64,000 bases of DNA, from assembly GCA_965602015.1 (NCBI GenBank), contig OZ271918.1, positions 768,001 through 832,000 on the forward strand, in the 5' to 3' direction. Positions 1-12,057 of this stretch are shown here, in pieces. The stretch is from Salinispira sp. GTDB lineage: Bacteria; Spirochaetota; Spirochaetia; DSM-27196; Salinispiraceae. The notes under the pieces were generated by a model that saw only the letters and a list, made by a program, of their open reading frames with translations, was not told where the DNA came from and did no database searches. The position numbers and the translations under genes are program-made. The stretch's first letter is position 1. Each line of letters begins with the position of its first letter.

Positions 1-600
1 GACCATGAAGCGGCGCAGCCATATGGCATACCAGGCGATGCCCGTCAGCGAGAGAGACACAGTGGGCAAAATCCAGGTTACAGGCCTGCTGTCGTAAAAA
101 ACCATGGGCCAGCCGAATAATCCGGTTACCCAAATTTGGATGAGAAAAAGATAGATAAGGCTCGGAATGGCGCGTACGCTGACCACATAGGCGGTGCCCA
201 GGTGATCCGGCCATCGCTCCTTGAACCGGGCCATCAATATCCCCAGGCCGAAGCCGAAGGTCAGGGAGATGGTCATGCTCGCCAGGCCGAAATACAGCGA
301 ATAGGGGATTTTATCCGCCAGGACAGTTGTTATGGGCAGTCGGGGATAGACTGTGATGGATCGTCCTAAATCTCCCCGGAAGATATCCGCGTAAAAGTTT
401 TTTAACTGGACCAGGGGCGGATCCAGGAGTCCCAGACCCCGAAGATATGCCTTGCGTCCTTCCTCGGACATGTTTATATAGTCATCCCTGGTAAAGTAAC
501 CGCTGGTGGGCATGAGCCTCAGCAGTAAAAATACCGCCGATACGACGATTATCACCGTGAATACCGACTGGATGGACCGCTTGCCAATGTAGCGCCACAT
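1..600 (-). CDS. oppB: Oligopeptide ABC transporter permease (OppB/DppB-like), 3' end runs off the window
   Basis: Manual translation from ATG at 600: MWRYIGKRSIQSVFTVIIVVSAVFLLLRLMP...FRGDLGRS...ILPTVSLSL, typical of OppB. It lies directly downstream of a family-5 solute-binding protein. Confidence 0.85.
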   Translation of the reverse strand, partial: MWRYIGKRSIQSVFTVIIVVSAVFLLLRLMPTSGYFTRDDYINMSEEGRKAYLRGLGLLDPPLVQLKNFYADIFRGDLGRSITVYPRLPITTVLADKIPYSLYFGLASMTISLTFGFGLGILMARFKERWPDHLGTAYVVSVRAIPSLIYLFLIQIWVTGLFGWPMVFYDSRPVTWILPTVSLSLTGIAWYAIWLRRFMV

Positions 601-689
601 AATTTAGCTCTCTATATAATACAAAATGCTCTGAGCGGGCCCCCGGCGCGTGCGGAACGTATATCCGCCTACCCGGGGGCGATTCGAAG

Positions 690-717
690 CGGATGCCCGC
701 CAGTGGACGGGCATCCG
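690..717 (-). other. Intercistronic stem-loop between oppA and oppB (probable mRNA stabiliser)
   Basis: CGGATGCCCG-N8-CGGGCATCCG, a perfect 10-bp stem with no U-tract on the coding strand. Confidence 0.5.
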
Positions 718-728
718 TATACCATTAA

Positions 729-2612
729 TCAGTTGCCGATTGCGCGCAATTCTGCGCGGAACCGGGCTTCCAGCTCTTCATATTGCTGAAGGGTGACCGG
801 TTCGCCCTGGAGCTCCATGCCCTTGTAGCGGTAGCGGGTGAGCCCGAATCCCCCCCGTGGGTAGCTGAAGGGAACCACCTGGCTCATGCTGTATGCGCCG
901 CCGCCGGATTGCCAGGGAATGACGTACGCGTTGTCAATGAAATAGGTTTCGGCCTGGCTGAACAGTTCGTAGCGCCGGGAGAGGGTGCTCTGTGCATCGG
1001 CGGCCAGTACCTGGGCGTCAAAGGCTTCGTCCGTGAGCTCGCTGTCGTTGACGCTGCCGTCGCTGACAAGCCGCCCCAGCTGCGCCATGGGATCGGCGAA
1101 TCCCAGACGGAAACTGTCGTAGAGAAAATCAAAGCGCCGCGGCTTGATGGTGTCGTTGAACTTGTCGTCGACGAACTGGCCGAGAACCAGCTCCACCTGG
1201 CCGTCGAAGGCCTCTCTGAGCATTTCCTGCAGCAGCAGGGCAAGCCGGGTTTCCGTCGAGTCGGTTGAATGTACGTAGACGATCTGCACGGGAAGCCGGG
1301 CATCCAGGTCCAGATCGGCTATGGGGAGCCAGTCGACCCGGCCGGCTTCGGCTCCGCGGATTCGGCCGTTTTCGTCCACCAGCTCGGCGACTGCGGCCTC
1401 GAAGTACTCCCGAGCCAGGTCCCGGTCATAGGTTTCCCGGGCCTTGATTTCCGCCAGGCCGGGGTAATCGGTGTAGTCCGTTCCGTTCTCGTCGTAAATG
1501 ACTTCCTCGGGTATAACCGTATTGCGCAATAGCCGTTCGGGTTCAAAGGGATTGTAGAGTTCCAGCAGCTTCGCCCGGTCGAATCCGTGATAGAGGGCCT
1601 TTCTAAAATTCAGATTGTTCATAAACGCCCGGCTCTCGCTGTTTTCAGAGGTGAAGTTCATGGCGAACCAGAAGGTAACCGCGCTGCGCTCGGACAGGAA
1701 GATATAGTCTTCCCAGCGGCTGCCCTGCAATGCCTGGACTTGATCGCCCTGAAGGTTGGTGGTGGATATTTCACCCCGTTGGAACATCTGTACCCGGATA
1801 GCGTCGTCGGCGACTTTTTGCATATTAATGCTGTCGATGCTGATAGCCTCGGCATCCCAATAATGGGGGTTGGCGCTCAGGGTAATTGATTTGTCCCGCT
1901 GCCAGTCAGACAGGTAGTACGCCCCGGTGAACAGGAGGCGGTCAGCTGTGGTGCCGAAGTCTTCAGCTCCGACGCTGTCGAGGAAATCCCGCTCCAGGGG
2001 ATAAAACAGCTCGGTAACCAGATACGAAAGAAAGTACGGGGTGGGCGCGGTAAGGGTGTACTGAATGGTATATTCGTCCAAGGCCCTTACTCCTACCTCT
2101 TCATCGAAGCGGGCAAGCACCTCTTCCCGGGTGACGCCCAGGTCTACGCCGTCGTCAATATCAACCAGATCCCAATAATAGGCGTTCAGGCCTTCGATAA
2201 GCCTGCGGATGGTTCCCACGTTTCGGATATCGTTTTGGGGTTCGGCGATGAAACGCATGCCCTCGACGAAGTCGTCGGCGGTAACTTCATAATCAGTCTC
2301 GGCTCCGGTGGAGTCGACCCACATGACACCGGGACGCAGGGTGAAGGTCCAGACGCTGTAATCGTCGTTGTGCTCCCAGCTTTCGGCCAGTGAGGGCACA
2401 AAACGGGCAAAACGGTCGTTCTCCACCAGCCCGTCCATGGTGTTGGCCGCCACCCGCAATGCGGTGGTGTCCAAGAGGAGAAAATAATTCAGGGTTTTTA
2501 CTTCCGTGGCGTAGGTGGTGTTAAAGCTGGCGGGCGCCTCAGCGCCTCCGCCGGCAAAAACCATTCCGGCCCACAGAAATGCTATGATGGCAATAAGCAG
2601 TTTTCGTTTCAT
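729..2612 (-). CDS. oppA: Peptide ABC transporter substrate-binding protein (family 5, OppA-like)
   Basis: ATG at 2612 after AAGGAGG. Signal peptide MKRKLLIAIIAFLWAGMVFAGG. Motifs DGLVEND, PSLAESW, WTFTLRPG, GAYYLSDW, NPHYW, FRKAL. Confidence 0.88.
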   Translation of the reverse strand: MKRKLLIAIIAFLWAGMVFAGGGAEAPASFNTTYATEVKTLNYFLLLDTTALRVAANTMDGLVENDRFARFVPSLAESWEHNDDYSVWTFTLRPGVMWVDSTGAETDYEVTADDFVEGMRFIAEPQNDIRNVGTIRRLIEGLNAYYWDLVDIDDGVDLGVTREEVLARFDEEVGVRALDEYTIQYTLTAPTPYFLSYLVTELFYPLERDFLDSVGAEDFGTTADRLLFTGAYYLSDWQRDKSITLSANPHYWDAEAISIDSINMQKVADDAIRVQMFQRGEISTTNLQGDQVQALQGSRWEDYIFLSERSAVTFWFAMNFTSENSESRAFMNNLNFRKALYHGFDRAKLLELYNPFEPERLLRNTVIPEEVIYDENGTDYTDYPGLAEIKARETYDRDLAREYFEAAVAELVDENGRIRGAEAGRVDWLPIADLDLDARLPVQIVYVHSTDSTETRLALLLQEMLREAFDGQVELVLGQFVDDKFNDTIKPRRFDFLYDSFRLGFADPMAQLGRLVSDGSVNDSELTDEAFDAQVLAADAQSTLSRRYELFSQAETYFIDNAYVIPWQSGGGAYSMSQVVPFSYPRGGFGLTRYRYKGMELQGEPVTLQQYEELEARFRAELRAIGN

Positions 2613-2680
2613 TGCCGCCTCCTTAGTGCAGTGATGCTCCACTGTGGACCTGATTATTACGGGCAGCAAGATGGGAAATA

Positions 2681-2699
2681 TACGTAGGGGTATTACGTA
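2681..2699. promoter_or_regulatory. Candidate operator TACGTA-N7-TACGTA upstream of oppA
   Basis: Two self-palindromic TACGTA hexamers at 2681-2686 and 2694-2699, lying between the LuxR-output sensor gene and oppA. Confidence 0.35.
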
Positions 2700-2742
2700 A
2701 TCTGTGAAGGGGCGAAAAAACCGGCTTGAGGGGAGGTGGCTC

Positions 2743-5700
2743 CTATTCTTCGTGGAAGAAATTTATCAGTTCGACCCGGTTTTGCACCCCGGCCTTGCGG
2801 TACAGGTTGTACACATGCTTTTCCACGGTCCGCACGGAGATATCCAGATCCGAGGCGATTTCCTTGCTGAGCTTTCCCTCCAGGATGCCAAGCAGAATTT
2901 CCCGCTCCCGGGTTGAAAGATCGATTCGGCTCATCTGCTGTTCCCGCTTGCGCTTCTGTTCCTGCTGGATGCCCTTGGAAGTTCGTAAGGGTTTGAGGCT
3001 TTCGGCAATCCGCTGCTGGACGCTTTCCATGAGCATGCGCCGGCGCCGCTCCTGGCCGCTGATTCTGGCATCGATGCGCCCCGCCAGATCTTCCAGGGCG
3101 AAGGGTTTGGGAATAAAATCCACCGCGCCCTCGTAGAAGCTGCGCAGATACTCCTCCTTGTCGGACCGTGCCGAGAGGAAGATAAACGGCACCGCCCGCC
3201 ATCCGGTATCCTGAAGCCGGGTAAGGAGCTCATGCCCGCTGATTCCGTCCATCATGATATCCGAGACGATGATATCCGGGGCGGTTCTCTCGTCAAGGCC
3301 GTCAAGCAGCTCTTCCGCCGACGTGGCGAAACTGAGGTCGTATCGTCCAGCAAAACTTTCTGCCATAAGCTGAAGCATGTCCCGGTCGTCGTCGATGAAC
3401 AGGATGTGCTTGAACTCCCCGCCCCTCAGGACGTCATTGGGCTTTTGCGGAGGCGGTTGCCGGAAGTTGTAGTAGCTTTCGCTTTCCGCGCCGGAGCCGG
3501 GACGATCGACGGCGCCGGATGCCGGGGTTCCGCTTTGCTTGATGTCCCTTGAGGTACGGCTGCTTTCGGCGCTTCCGGTATGCCGATCTGCCGCCGGAAA
3601 ATCGACGGCAAAGCGGGAGCCTTCGCCGGGCGTCGATTCGATTACCAGTTTGCCCCCGAGACCCTCGGCTATTTTCCTGACGATAAACAGCCCCATGCCG
3701 ATACCCTGAATCTGCCGTTTGTTGTGGCTCAGCTGGAAAAACGGATCGCTCAGGGACTCAAGCTTGTCCTTCTGTATTCCCGGTCCGCTGTCCTGTACGG
3801 AGAAGTGGATGCGCTGGGATATTCTCTTTGCGAGTATGCGGACGCTTCCCCCGGGGCGGTTGTACTTGATGGCATTATCGATGAGATTGTTCACCACCCT
3901 ATCCACCGCCAGAGGATCGGCGCAGACGATCAGGTCGTTTTCCAGTTCCATGCCAAGGGTGAGCTGATGCTTTTGGGCCACCTCGCTGAGCATGGTGAGT
4001 TTGGGACCCAGGAGGGCGTGTATATCGGTGAGCCGGCTGTGATCGTACAAGTCCGATGAACGCTGGATTTTTTCCGCATCCAGGTAATTCACCATGTCCC
4101 GCACCAGCTTATCCACATTGTCTTTTACCAGCAGAAGCTCCTGCTCTCCGGGGTGGCGGGCCAAATACCGGTCCAGATAATTCTGGATAAATGTCAGCGG
4201 AGTCTTGGTTTCATGGGCGAGGTTGATAAAGAACGTCGACTTTCGCCGGATCGCCTGCTCCAGTGCCTCCTTGGCTTCGGTGAGTTCAGCGGTGCGCCGG
4301 GCGACCACCTGCTCCTGCTCGCGGATTATTCTCAGGTGCCGACGGGAGCGCAGGCGTATATAAAGGGCCACCAGCAGCGCGAGCGCGGTGGCATACATTA
4401 GAAGCAGGGGCCATTGCAGAACCAGTGGAGGCGAAACCCGGATGTCCAGGCTCCGTTCGGGAGTCAGCGGAATGCCGCCGTTGCCGCTTGCCCGCACATG
4501 CATGCGGTATCTTCCCGGCTGAATATGGGAAAGCAGAATTTCCCCGTTGCTTCCGATCTCTATCCACTCGCTCTGGTCGGAAAAGCGGTACGCGTATTCA
4601 GTTTCTCCGGGATGACGGTAATCAAATGCCGTGAGGCGGATGTGCAAAAGGCGGTTGGCCGAGTCCAGTTCCAGGATCTCCCCCGGGCGGTACAGCTGAA
4701 CCCTGCGCTGCAGATCTTCGTATACCTCAATGCCCAGGGGAAAGGCCGAAGGGGCGGGCAGGGCTGACGGTTCATCGGCCTTGATGAGCATGGCCAGACC
4801 TTCGGTGGAACCAAAGACCGGCCGGCCGTCATAACCATAGGCCACCGAGCCCGGGTTAAAAATCATTCCCGGTAGCCCGTCCTCACGTCGGAACACCTCG
4901 ATGGAAAACCCGCCCTGTTGCGATGATTGGCGAAGGCGCGCGATGCCGCGGATGCTGCTAATCCAGACCGAACCGTCGGGATCAGCGGCCAAGGCGCGGA
5001 TAACCGAGCTGGGAAGCCCGTCGGCCTCGCCTATTCTCCTCAGTCCATCATCATATGCCATGAACAATCCGTCCCGTTCGCTGCTCAGCCACCAGTTGCC
5101 CATGGCATCCCGGGTGGCGGTGTTAACCGAGCGCAGCTCATCGGGCCAGGGCGAAGCTATAAGGCTCAAGGTCAGCCGGTCCAGAAGCTGGGGATTTTTA
5201 TCGGCAATTCCCAGAAGCAGGTGGCGTTCATCGTATTCCGTAATGCTCAGCAGCGTATCCCCGGCGAGTCTGGTCAGGCTGGGATCGCTCGAGCGAAGCC
5301 ATCGGGGTTCATCTTCTCCGGAAGGAAGATAGCCGAGCCCCGAACCCTCTGTGGCTATCCACAGGGTGTCGTCGGAATCGCGATACAGCTGGTTGACCTG
5401 CGCCTCGGCCAGGCGAACGGAACGCCGGTTACCCGGCTCGCCGGATATTTCCAGCAATTCGCTCTGGGTTCCGGCGTACAGCAGCGTCCGGGATACCCTG
5501 TCCAGGGCGTAGACAATTCCCGAGGCCAGAATGGTTTCCTGCCCAGGAGGATTTCCCGGTGTAACGAGAAAAAGGCCGGAGAAACTGCCCAGATAATAGC
5601 CCTCTTCAGCAACGGCGATGCTCCGCAGGTCATTTCGGCGGGGAATATCCGCGGGATCGCCCTGCACGCCTATGCTGGTAAAGCGGGGGTCGATGTAGCG

Positions 5701-6818
5701 GTTCAGCCCGTCTCGGGTTCCGATCCAGAGTATTCCCCCGGCATCTTCTATAATCCGGTGCACCCGGGAGTGGCTGAGGCTGTTTTGATCATCGCTGAGA
5801 TGATACAGCCGGCTAAAGGTTCCCTCGTTCCTGTCCATGTGATTGAGTCCGTCGGTAGTTCCCACCCAAAAATCGCCCCTGATGTCTTCAAGAATGGCCC
5901 GTACCGAATTATTGCTGATGCTCTGCGGATCAGCCGGATCATGCAGAAATGCGGAAAAGCTGCCGGTTTGCCGGTCGAAGCGGTTTAATCCTCCTCCCGC
6001 GGTGCCCACCCACAGGGTTTGCGAGCTATCAATATAAAGGGAAAAAACATAGTCGCTGCTCAGGGAACCCGGCCTACCGTCGGCCCGGTAGTGAATAAAT
6101 TCCCCGCTTTCCACCAGCAGACGATTAAGACCTCCGCCGTCGGTACCGATCCACACATCGCCGTTGAAATCCTCGATGATTGGCCAGATGTTATTGTACG
6201 AGACGCTGGTTTCCCGGCTCTGATCGCCTCGGGTATAGGCTTGCACAGTTCCCGTTGCCGGATCGATGCGGTTGAGTCCTCCGTAACTGGTGCCCGCCTA
6301 AATAAACCCTCGGCTGTCTGCCAAAAGTCCCCAGACTGAATCGTCGCTGATGCGAAGAGACGGCTGGGAAGCCTGGCTGTGGTAACGGGTAAAGCTCCCC
6401 CGCTCCGGGTCCAGTCGTCCGATTCCGCCGCCGTCAGTGCCGACCCAGATATCCCCCGCGGCATCCTGAATGAGGCTGGTGACAAAATCGTCGGGAAGGC
6501 TGGATTCATCGCCCTCACGATGCCTGAACTCGATAAATTCTCTTCCGTCGAAGCGGTTCAGGCCGTTTGAGGTGCCCACCCAGATGTAGCCCCGGGAATC
6601 CTGCAGGAGGGCATAGATTCTCGAGTGGGACAGACCGTCGCTGATTCCGTAATGAGTAAAGGACTGGGTGGTCTGGCCGCTGACGCTCGTCGGCAATATC
6701 AGGTAAAAAACACATAAAAAGAGGAGGATCATCAGGATCGTTGGCGACCCTGGCCGGCGGGGAACTGCAGACCTCCGGCGGGGAACTGCAGACCTCCGGC
6801 GAGGTTGGAGAAATCTCA

Positions 6819-6819
<1 letters not shown>
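2743..6819 (-). pseudogene. Hybrid sensor kinase/response regulator (signal peptide, Reg_prop beta-propeller repeats, Y_Y_Y, TM, HisKA, HATPase, REC, LuxR HTH) interrupted by an in-frame TAG at 6298-6300
   Basis: ORFs 6298-6819 and 2743-6246 are in the same frame. Reading through gives DSRGFI*AGTSYGGLNRID, matching the repeat consensus IWVGTxxGGLNR. H-box NLAHETKTPL, N-box NNLIDNAIKY, REC DIIVSDIMM, HTH LSTREREIL...TVEKHVYNLYRK. Confidence 0.8.
6754..6801. repeat. 21-bp tandem repeat (2.3 copies) in the N-terminus of the sensor gene
   Basis: CCGGCGGGGAACTGCAGACCT at 6754-6774 and 6775-6795, then CCGGCG. Encodes RRRSAVP twice. Confidence 0.9.
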
Positions 6820-7967
<1,148 letters not shown>

Positions 7968-8035
7968 AGCTATCCCCCGATGAATAGTAGGTAATATGGT
8001 AAAAAGCCGCAAGCGCGGACCATTGCGACATAATG

Positions 8036-8053
8036 TTACTACTATAAAAGTAA
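8036..8053. promoter_or_regulatory. Palindromic operator (TTACTA-N6-TAGTAA family) in the cphB/trmB divergent region
   Basis: TTACTA CTATAA AAGTAA, extended by ATG/CAT flanks. A weaker copy TTACTA CTGCAG TTATGA is at 8092-8109. Confidence 0.75.
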
Positions 8054-8121
8054 CATATTCCGACTTGCTTCGCCATCGGGAAACTGTAGTGTTACTACTG
8101 CAGTTATGATATAGTTAATCT

Positions 8122-8931
8122 ATGTCAAACTCCCTTGATTCCGCCATCGCCGACCTCATGGAGGCGGGTTTTATCGAATACGAGGCCAAGGTGTATCTCT
8201 CACTTCTGCAGAACCATCCGGCCAGCGCCTATACCATCAGCCAGAATTCTGGCGTCCCTCATTCGCGGGTATACGATATCTGCCGCCGTTTGAAGAAAAA
8301 GGGCTATGCGGTTTCATCGAGCAGCAAACCGGAAACCTTCTCACCCCTGTCCCCCGACGAGCTGGTGGACAAGCTCACCAGGGACAGCCAAAAACTGACC
8401 AAAAAACTCGGCAGCAGCCTGAAGTCGATTTCCTTCTCAAGTGATTTTGATCCCGTGTGGAATTTGCAGGACCGGGAAGAAGCCCTGGGCAAAACTGTTG
8501 AGATAATCAGCGGCGCACGGCGCATCCTGTATATCGGATTCTGGAGCGAAGAGTTCGACCTTTTGGAAGAACCCCTCCGCCACGCTCATGAACGGGGAGT
8601 TCAGGTATATATGCTGGTGTACGGACAGCTCACTCTGGATTTCGGGGAGTATTATTTCCACGACAGGGATCACCTGGACGAGATACAGGAGCAGGGCCGA
8701 AGCATCGATTTGGCGGCGGACAGTGAAATCTGCCTTTCGGGAATTCTGGGCGGCCCCGGCAAAACCGAAATGGTGTGGACAAAAAACAGCGGTCTGGTGC
8801 ACTCAATCGAAGGATATATCATCCACGATTTTTACCTGGCCGAGCTTGAAAAAGTCTTCGGCGAGGAGATGAACAGCAAATTCGGCAAAAACCTCATCGT
8901 CCTTCGCGACAAGTTTAATAAAAGCCATTGA
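8122..8931 (+). CDS. TrmB-family transcriptional regulator
   Basis: N-terminal GFIEYEAKVYLSLL...SGVPHSRVYDICRRL winged HTH, followed by an effector-binding domain (IISGARRILYI, HAHERGVQVYMLVYG). Confidence 0.88.
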   Translation: MSNSLDSAIADLMEAGFIEYEAKVYLSLLQNHPASAYTISQNSGVPHSRVYDICRRLKKKGYAVSSSSKPETFSPLSPDELVDKLTRDSQKLTKKLGSSLKSISFSSDFDPVWNLQDREEALGKTVEIISGARRILYIGFWSEEFDLLEEPLRHAHERGVQVYMLVYGQLTLDFGEYYFHDRDHLDEIQEQGRSIDLAADSEICLSGILGGPGKTEMVWTKNSGLVHSIEGYIIHDFYLAELEKVFGEEMNSKFGKNLIVLRDKFNKSH

Positions 8932-9269
8932 TTAGCCGGCAGGAGAGAGTATAGGTGTTTGAGAGTATTGCTTTTGGAATTTCCTTTGTCAGCACCCTGA
9001 TACTGATTCCTCAGCTGGCATTTAGGAAGATGACCTGTGCCATTCACAGCCATCTAGTGAAAGATAATATTTTGCCGGCGGATATGGCCAGGGCTTCCGA
9101 GATCAACTACCGCCTCCGCCGAATTTCCCGGCTTGATTCGGGCTGGGGTGCCAGACATTGGCTTTTTTCCATCGATGTGCGCCACCGCGGCGCGGTCTAC
9201 CCCATGACTTCCGCAATCGACGGGCGCTGCCAACACCGCGATGCCGTCGATTGGTCAAAACATTCCTGA

Positions 9270-10079
9270 CTAAATTACATAATCCATTGAATCAGCCATT
9301 TCGCGGTGGAGCCCCTGGCGGCGGAAAATAAGCTCAGGGGACTCGGGGTCCCGCGGGCGGGGTAGGTCAACGGAGATTTCCCGCACCACGGTCGACGGGC
9401 TTCCGGATAAAATCAAGATGCGGTCGGCCAGCACCAGGGCTTCTTCAGTATCGTGGGTTACCATGAGGGCGGGAATACGAGTCGCGCTCACCAGCGATAC
9501 CAGCTCGCCCTGGAGCCTGATACGGGTGGCACGGTCCAGGGCGCTGAAGGGTTCGTCCAGGAGCAGGAGCTCCGGTTCGGCGGCCAGGGCCCGGGCTATG
9601 GAGACCCGCTGCCGTTGTCCCCCGGAGAGCTGCCTCGGCCAGCGGTTTTCCAAACCCTGAAGCCCCAGGTCGGTCAGAAGGCCATCGGCCCTGAGGATTC
9701 GCCGATTCCGCCGCTCCCTGTGTGTTGGATAATGCATTCCGCCGTCCCTGCGGTTCCCCGGGGCCTTGTCCTGCATCCCTGTCATAACGTTTCGCCGGGC
9801 GTCGAGCCACGGGAATAGCCTTGGCTCCTGGAATACGAATCCGATTCTCCCGGCAAATGAACTCCTGCCTTCCTCAGCCGGTGACGTGGAATCCCTGACA
9901 TCGGGAAGCAGGCCGGCAATGTGTCGGAGAAGGGTAGACTTTCCGGCCCCCGACGCACCGAGTACGACGCAGAGCTCGCCGGGTATCAGATCAATTGTGA
10001 TATTCCGAAGGATTTCCCTACTGCTGCCCTCGTTTCCAAGGTGCACGCTGGAAAGCGATACACTTATTCGGCGGTCCAT
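9270..10079 (-). CDS. NitT/TauT/SsuB-type ABC transporter ATP-binding protein
   Basis: Walker A GASGAGKST, VFQEPRLFPW, LSGGQRQR, LLLDEPFSALD, VTHD. Confidence 0.9.
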   Translation of the reverse strand: MDRRISVSLSSVHLGNEGSSREILRNITIDLIPGELCVVLGASGAGKSTLLRHIAGLLPDVRDSTSPAEEGRSSFAGRIGFVFQEPRLFPWLDARRNVMTGMQDKAPGNRRDGGMHYPTHRERRNRRILRADGLLTDLGLQGLENRWPRQLSGGQRQRVSIARALAAEPELLLLDEPFSALDRATRIRLQGELVSLVSATRIPALMVTHDTEEALVLADRILILSGSPSTVVREISVDLPRPRDPESPELIFRRQGLHREMADSMDYVI

Positions 10080-10867
10080 CGCAAAACCCTCCGTTTTATC
10101 AGGCTAAAAATCACATCGACCGCGGTATACAGCCCGGCGATGGTGATCATGTACACCAGAACCACATCGGTTGCCAAAAGTCCCGCGGCCTGGTTCATTC
10201 GCTGACCGATTCCGTCAACTCCAAACAGTTCGGACGCAACCACAGCCATCCAGCCCATGCCCAACGCGGTGTGCAGGGCGGTCATTACCCCCGGCAGGGA
10301 CTCGGGAATGGCTACACGCAGCAGGTAGGGCAACGGTGAGCCAAAGCCAAAGACCCGGCTGACTTCCCTGAGCTCCGCCGAACAGCGCTCCATGGAACCG
10401 GCTGTCCCCAGGCAGGTAATCCAGAATACTCCTATTAATATGATAAACGCCGAGGCCCAATGACTGATGCCGAACCAGATAATGCTGAAGGGTATCCAGG
10501 CCAGGGGCGGTATGGGCCGGAGAATCCGGATCAGTCCGGAGCTGAAGGACCGGAAACCCGGTGATATTCCCATGATAAAGCCCGTGCTGATTCCCGCCGC
10601 CGAGCCGATTGCCACTCCCGGCAGGTAGTGGATCAGGCTCTGTAGTACTTTTTGCCCCCAGATTCCCAACGGTGCCGATGGTCCGGCGCCCAGGTGAAGT
10701 TCCCGCAACCAGGCTGCGGGTACGGCGCTCGGCGGTGGGACCAGGGTTCGGGGAAAGAGTCCGGAGACTACGGATAGCTCCCAAATCAGCAGGAATGAGG
10801 CTATCCCCGCAGCCGGCAATGCGAACGAGCTAATCTGACGCTTCAGTTGTCTCGAAATAGCTGACAT
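10064..10867 (-). CDS. NitT/TauT/SsuC-type ABC transporter permease
   Basis: LRPIPPLAWIPFSIIWFG and WMAVVASEL..GIG motifs. Start codon uncertain. Confidence 0.85.
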   Translation of the reverse strand: MSAISRQLKRQISSFALPAAGIASFLLIWELSVVSGLFPRTLVPPPSAVPAAWLRELHLGAGPSAPLGIWGQKVLQSLIHYLPGVAIGSAAGISTGFIMGISPGFRSFSSGLIRILRPIPPLAWIPFSIIWFGISHWASAFIILIGVFWITCLGTAGSMERCSAELREVSRVFGFGSPLPYLLRVAIPESLPGVMTALHTALGMGWMAVVASELFGVDGIGQRMNQAAGLLATDVVLVYMITIAGLYTAVDVIFSLIKRRVLRWTAE

Positions 10868-11876
10868 CAATGAGTTCCTCAATATCCACCTCGGCGGCGA
10901 GGGTGCCGATCTCTACCTGAAAACGTTGCATCTCGGCGGTCGATTCGAGAATGATCCGGGGATCGGCCACAAAGGAATCCCGGCTTGAGCGCAGCGCCGA
11001 CTCAATTATTTGCGGATCCACGAGGCCATCCCCGATGGCTCCGGCAATTATCTCAGAGGCTTGCCCGGGCTCATCCCGGATAAAATCCGTTGCCCTGCGG
11101 ATCAATCGAACAAGCCGCTCTCCCAGGTCGGGATACTCATCAAAAAGAGGGCTGCGCACCGCAAGCACCGCACCCGGCTGGCGGGGAAAGAGCTGGCTTC
11201 CCCGGGCAAGCACCCGGGATCCCGGTTCTGCGTTGGAAACAATGGATACGATGGGCTCGAGGGTGCTTGCGCCGTCGACCGCCCCGCTGAGCATGGCCTG
11301 CTGGACCGCATTCGCCCCCATGCCGAGTATTTCCACATCCTCGGTGCCCACCTGCAGCACGTTTTCCAGCCAGTACATCAGTACTACATGAGGTACGCTC
11401 CCCTCCTGGAAGGTGGCGATTTTCGCCCTTCGTCCGTTTTCTTCCCTGAATCGACGGAAGACTCCCGCAGGATCTCTTTCATCCCAGTGCATAGCGAGAT
11501 TGTCCCGGGCAATAAAGGACATTTGCTCAATAATAAGCGAGGTAATGACGGCAATGTCCTGGCCGCGGCTTCTGGACACCATCGCCGGTCCGATACCGAA
11601 AAACATGATATCCAGATTGCCCGATGCCACCGCCTGAACCATGGCCGGTCCTGACTGGAACATGTTCTGATTGAGTACCAGGCCCTCTTCCCGGTCCCAG
11701 CCCTTTTCGGAGATGATAAAAAACTGGGAGACCGGGAGAATCGGCATCACCCCTGCTTCAAGACTGAGCAGTTCAGGGCTCGTCTCCGCCTGCTCGCCGC
11801 TCCCCGCGGCACCAAGGGCAGCAGTTGTTATGAAAAACATCAGCAAGGTCAGAATGATAGTTCTCATCCGGGGCAT
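10830..11876 (-). CDS. NitT/TauT/SsuA-type ABC substrate-binding protein
   Basis: Signal peptide MPRMRTIILTLLMFF..AAG after GGAGG. FQSGPAMVQAVASGNLD and SGAVDGA..EP motifs. Confidence 0.85.
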   Translation of the reverse strand: MPRMRTIILTLLMFFITTAALGAAGSGEQAETSPELLSLEAGVMPILPVSQFFIISEKGWDREEGLVLNQNMFQSGPAMVQAVASGNLDIMFFGIGPAMVSRSRGQDIAVITSLIIEQMSFIARDNLAMHWDERDPAGVFRRFREENGRRAKIATFQEGSVPHVVLMYWLENVLQVGTEDVEILGMGANAVQQAMLSGAVDGASTLEPIVSIVSNAEPGSRVLARGSQLFPRQPGAVLAVRSPLFDEYPDLGERLVRLIRRATDFIRDEPGQASEIIAGAIGDGLVDPQIIESALRSSRDSFVADPRIILESTAEMQRFQVEIGTLAAEVDIEELIDVSYFETTEASD

Positions 11877-11912
11877 AGTATCCTCCAATAGCCAGGTTTA
11901 TTTGCTTGCTTA

Positions 11913-11941
11913 AACCTAACTAAGTAAAGTTGTAAAGTCAA
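11913..11941 (-). promoter_or_regulatory. Putative sigma70 promoter of the NitT/TauT ABC operon
   Basis: Minus strand TTGACT-N17-TAGGTT, about 40 bp upstream of the start codon. Confidence 0.45.
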
Positions 11942-11953
11942 GAATGAAGGTGT

Positions 11954-11978
11954 AAAAAAGGCAGCCTCGAGGCCGCCT
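11954..11978 (-). terminator. Rho-independent terminator downstream of arcC
   Basis: Minus strand AGGCGGCC-TCGA-GGCTGCCT followed by TTTTT. Confidence 0.65.
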
Positions 11979-12057
11979 ATTCGTGAGTAAAAAATGCCGT
12001 GCCCCGAAAACAGCTGATTTAAATCACCAAAACACTTCGGCGAAAAAGGGGCCAAAC

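Noticed and set aside
6298..6300. Pyrrolysine or genetic-code reassignment at the in-frame TAG
   Set aside because: TAG is used as a normal stop by many genes here (e.g. ord, orr, cfpA), no pyl genes are in the window, and the site is one transition away from the expected Trp codon.
6754..6801. Short repeats here and at 27168-27211 as CRISPR-like arrays
   Set aside because: There are no unique spacers, the units are contiguous, and no cas genes are present.
8955..9269. 104-aa ORF downstream of trmB
   Set aside because: GTG start with only a possible RBS, no recognisable motif, and it abuts the convergent ABC gene. I cannot support it as a gene.
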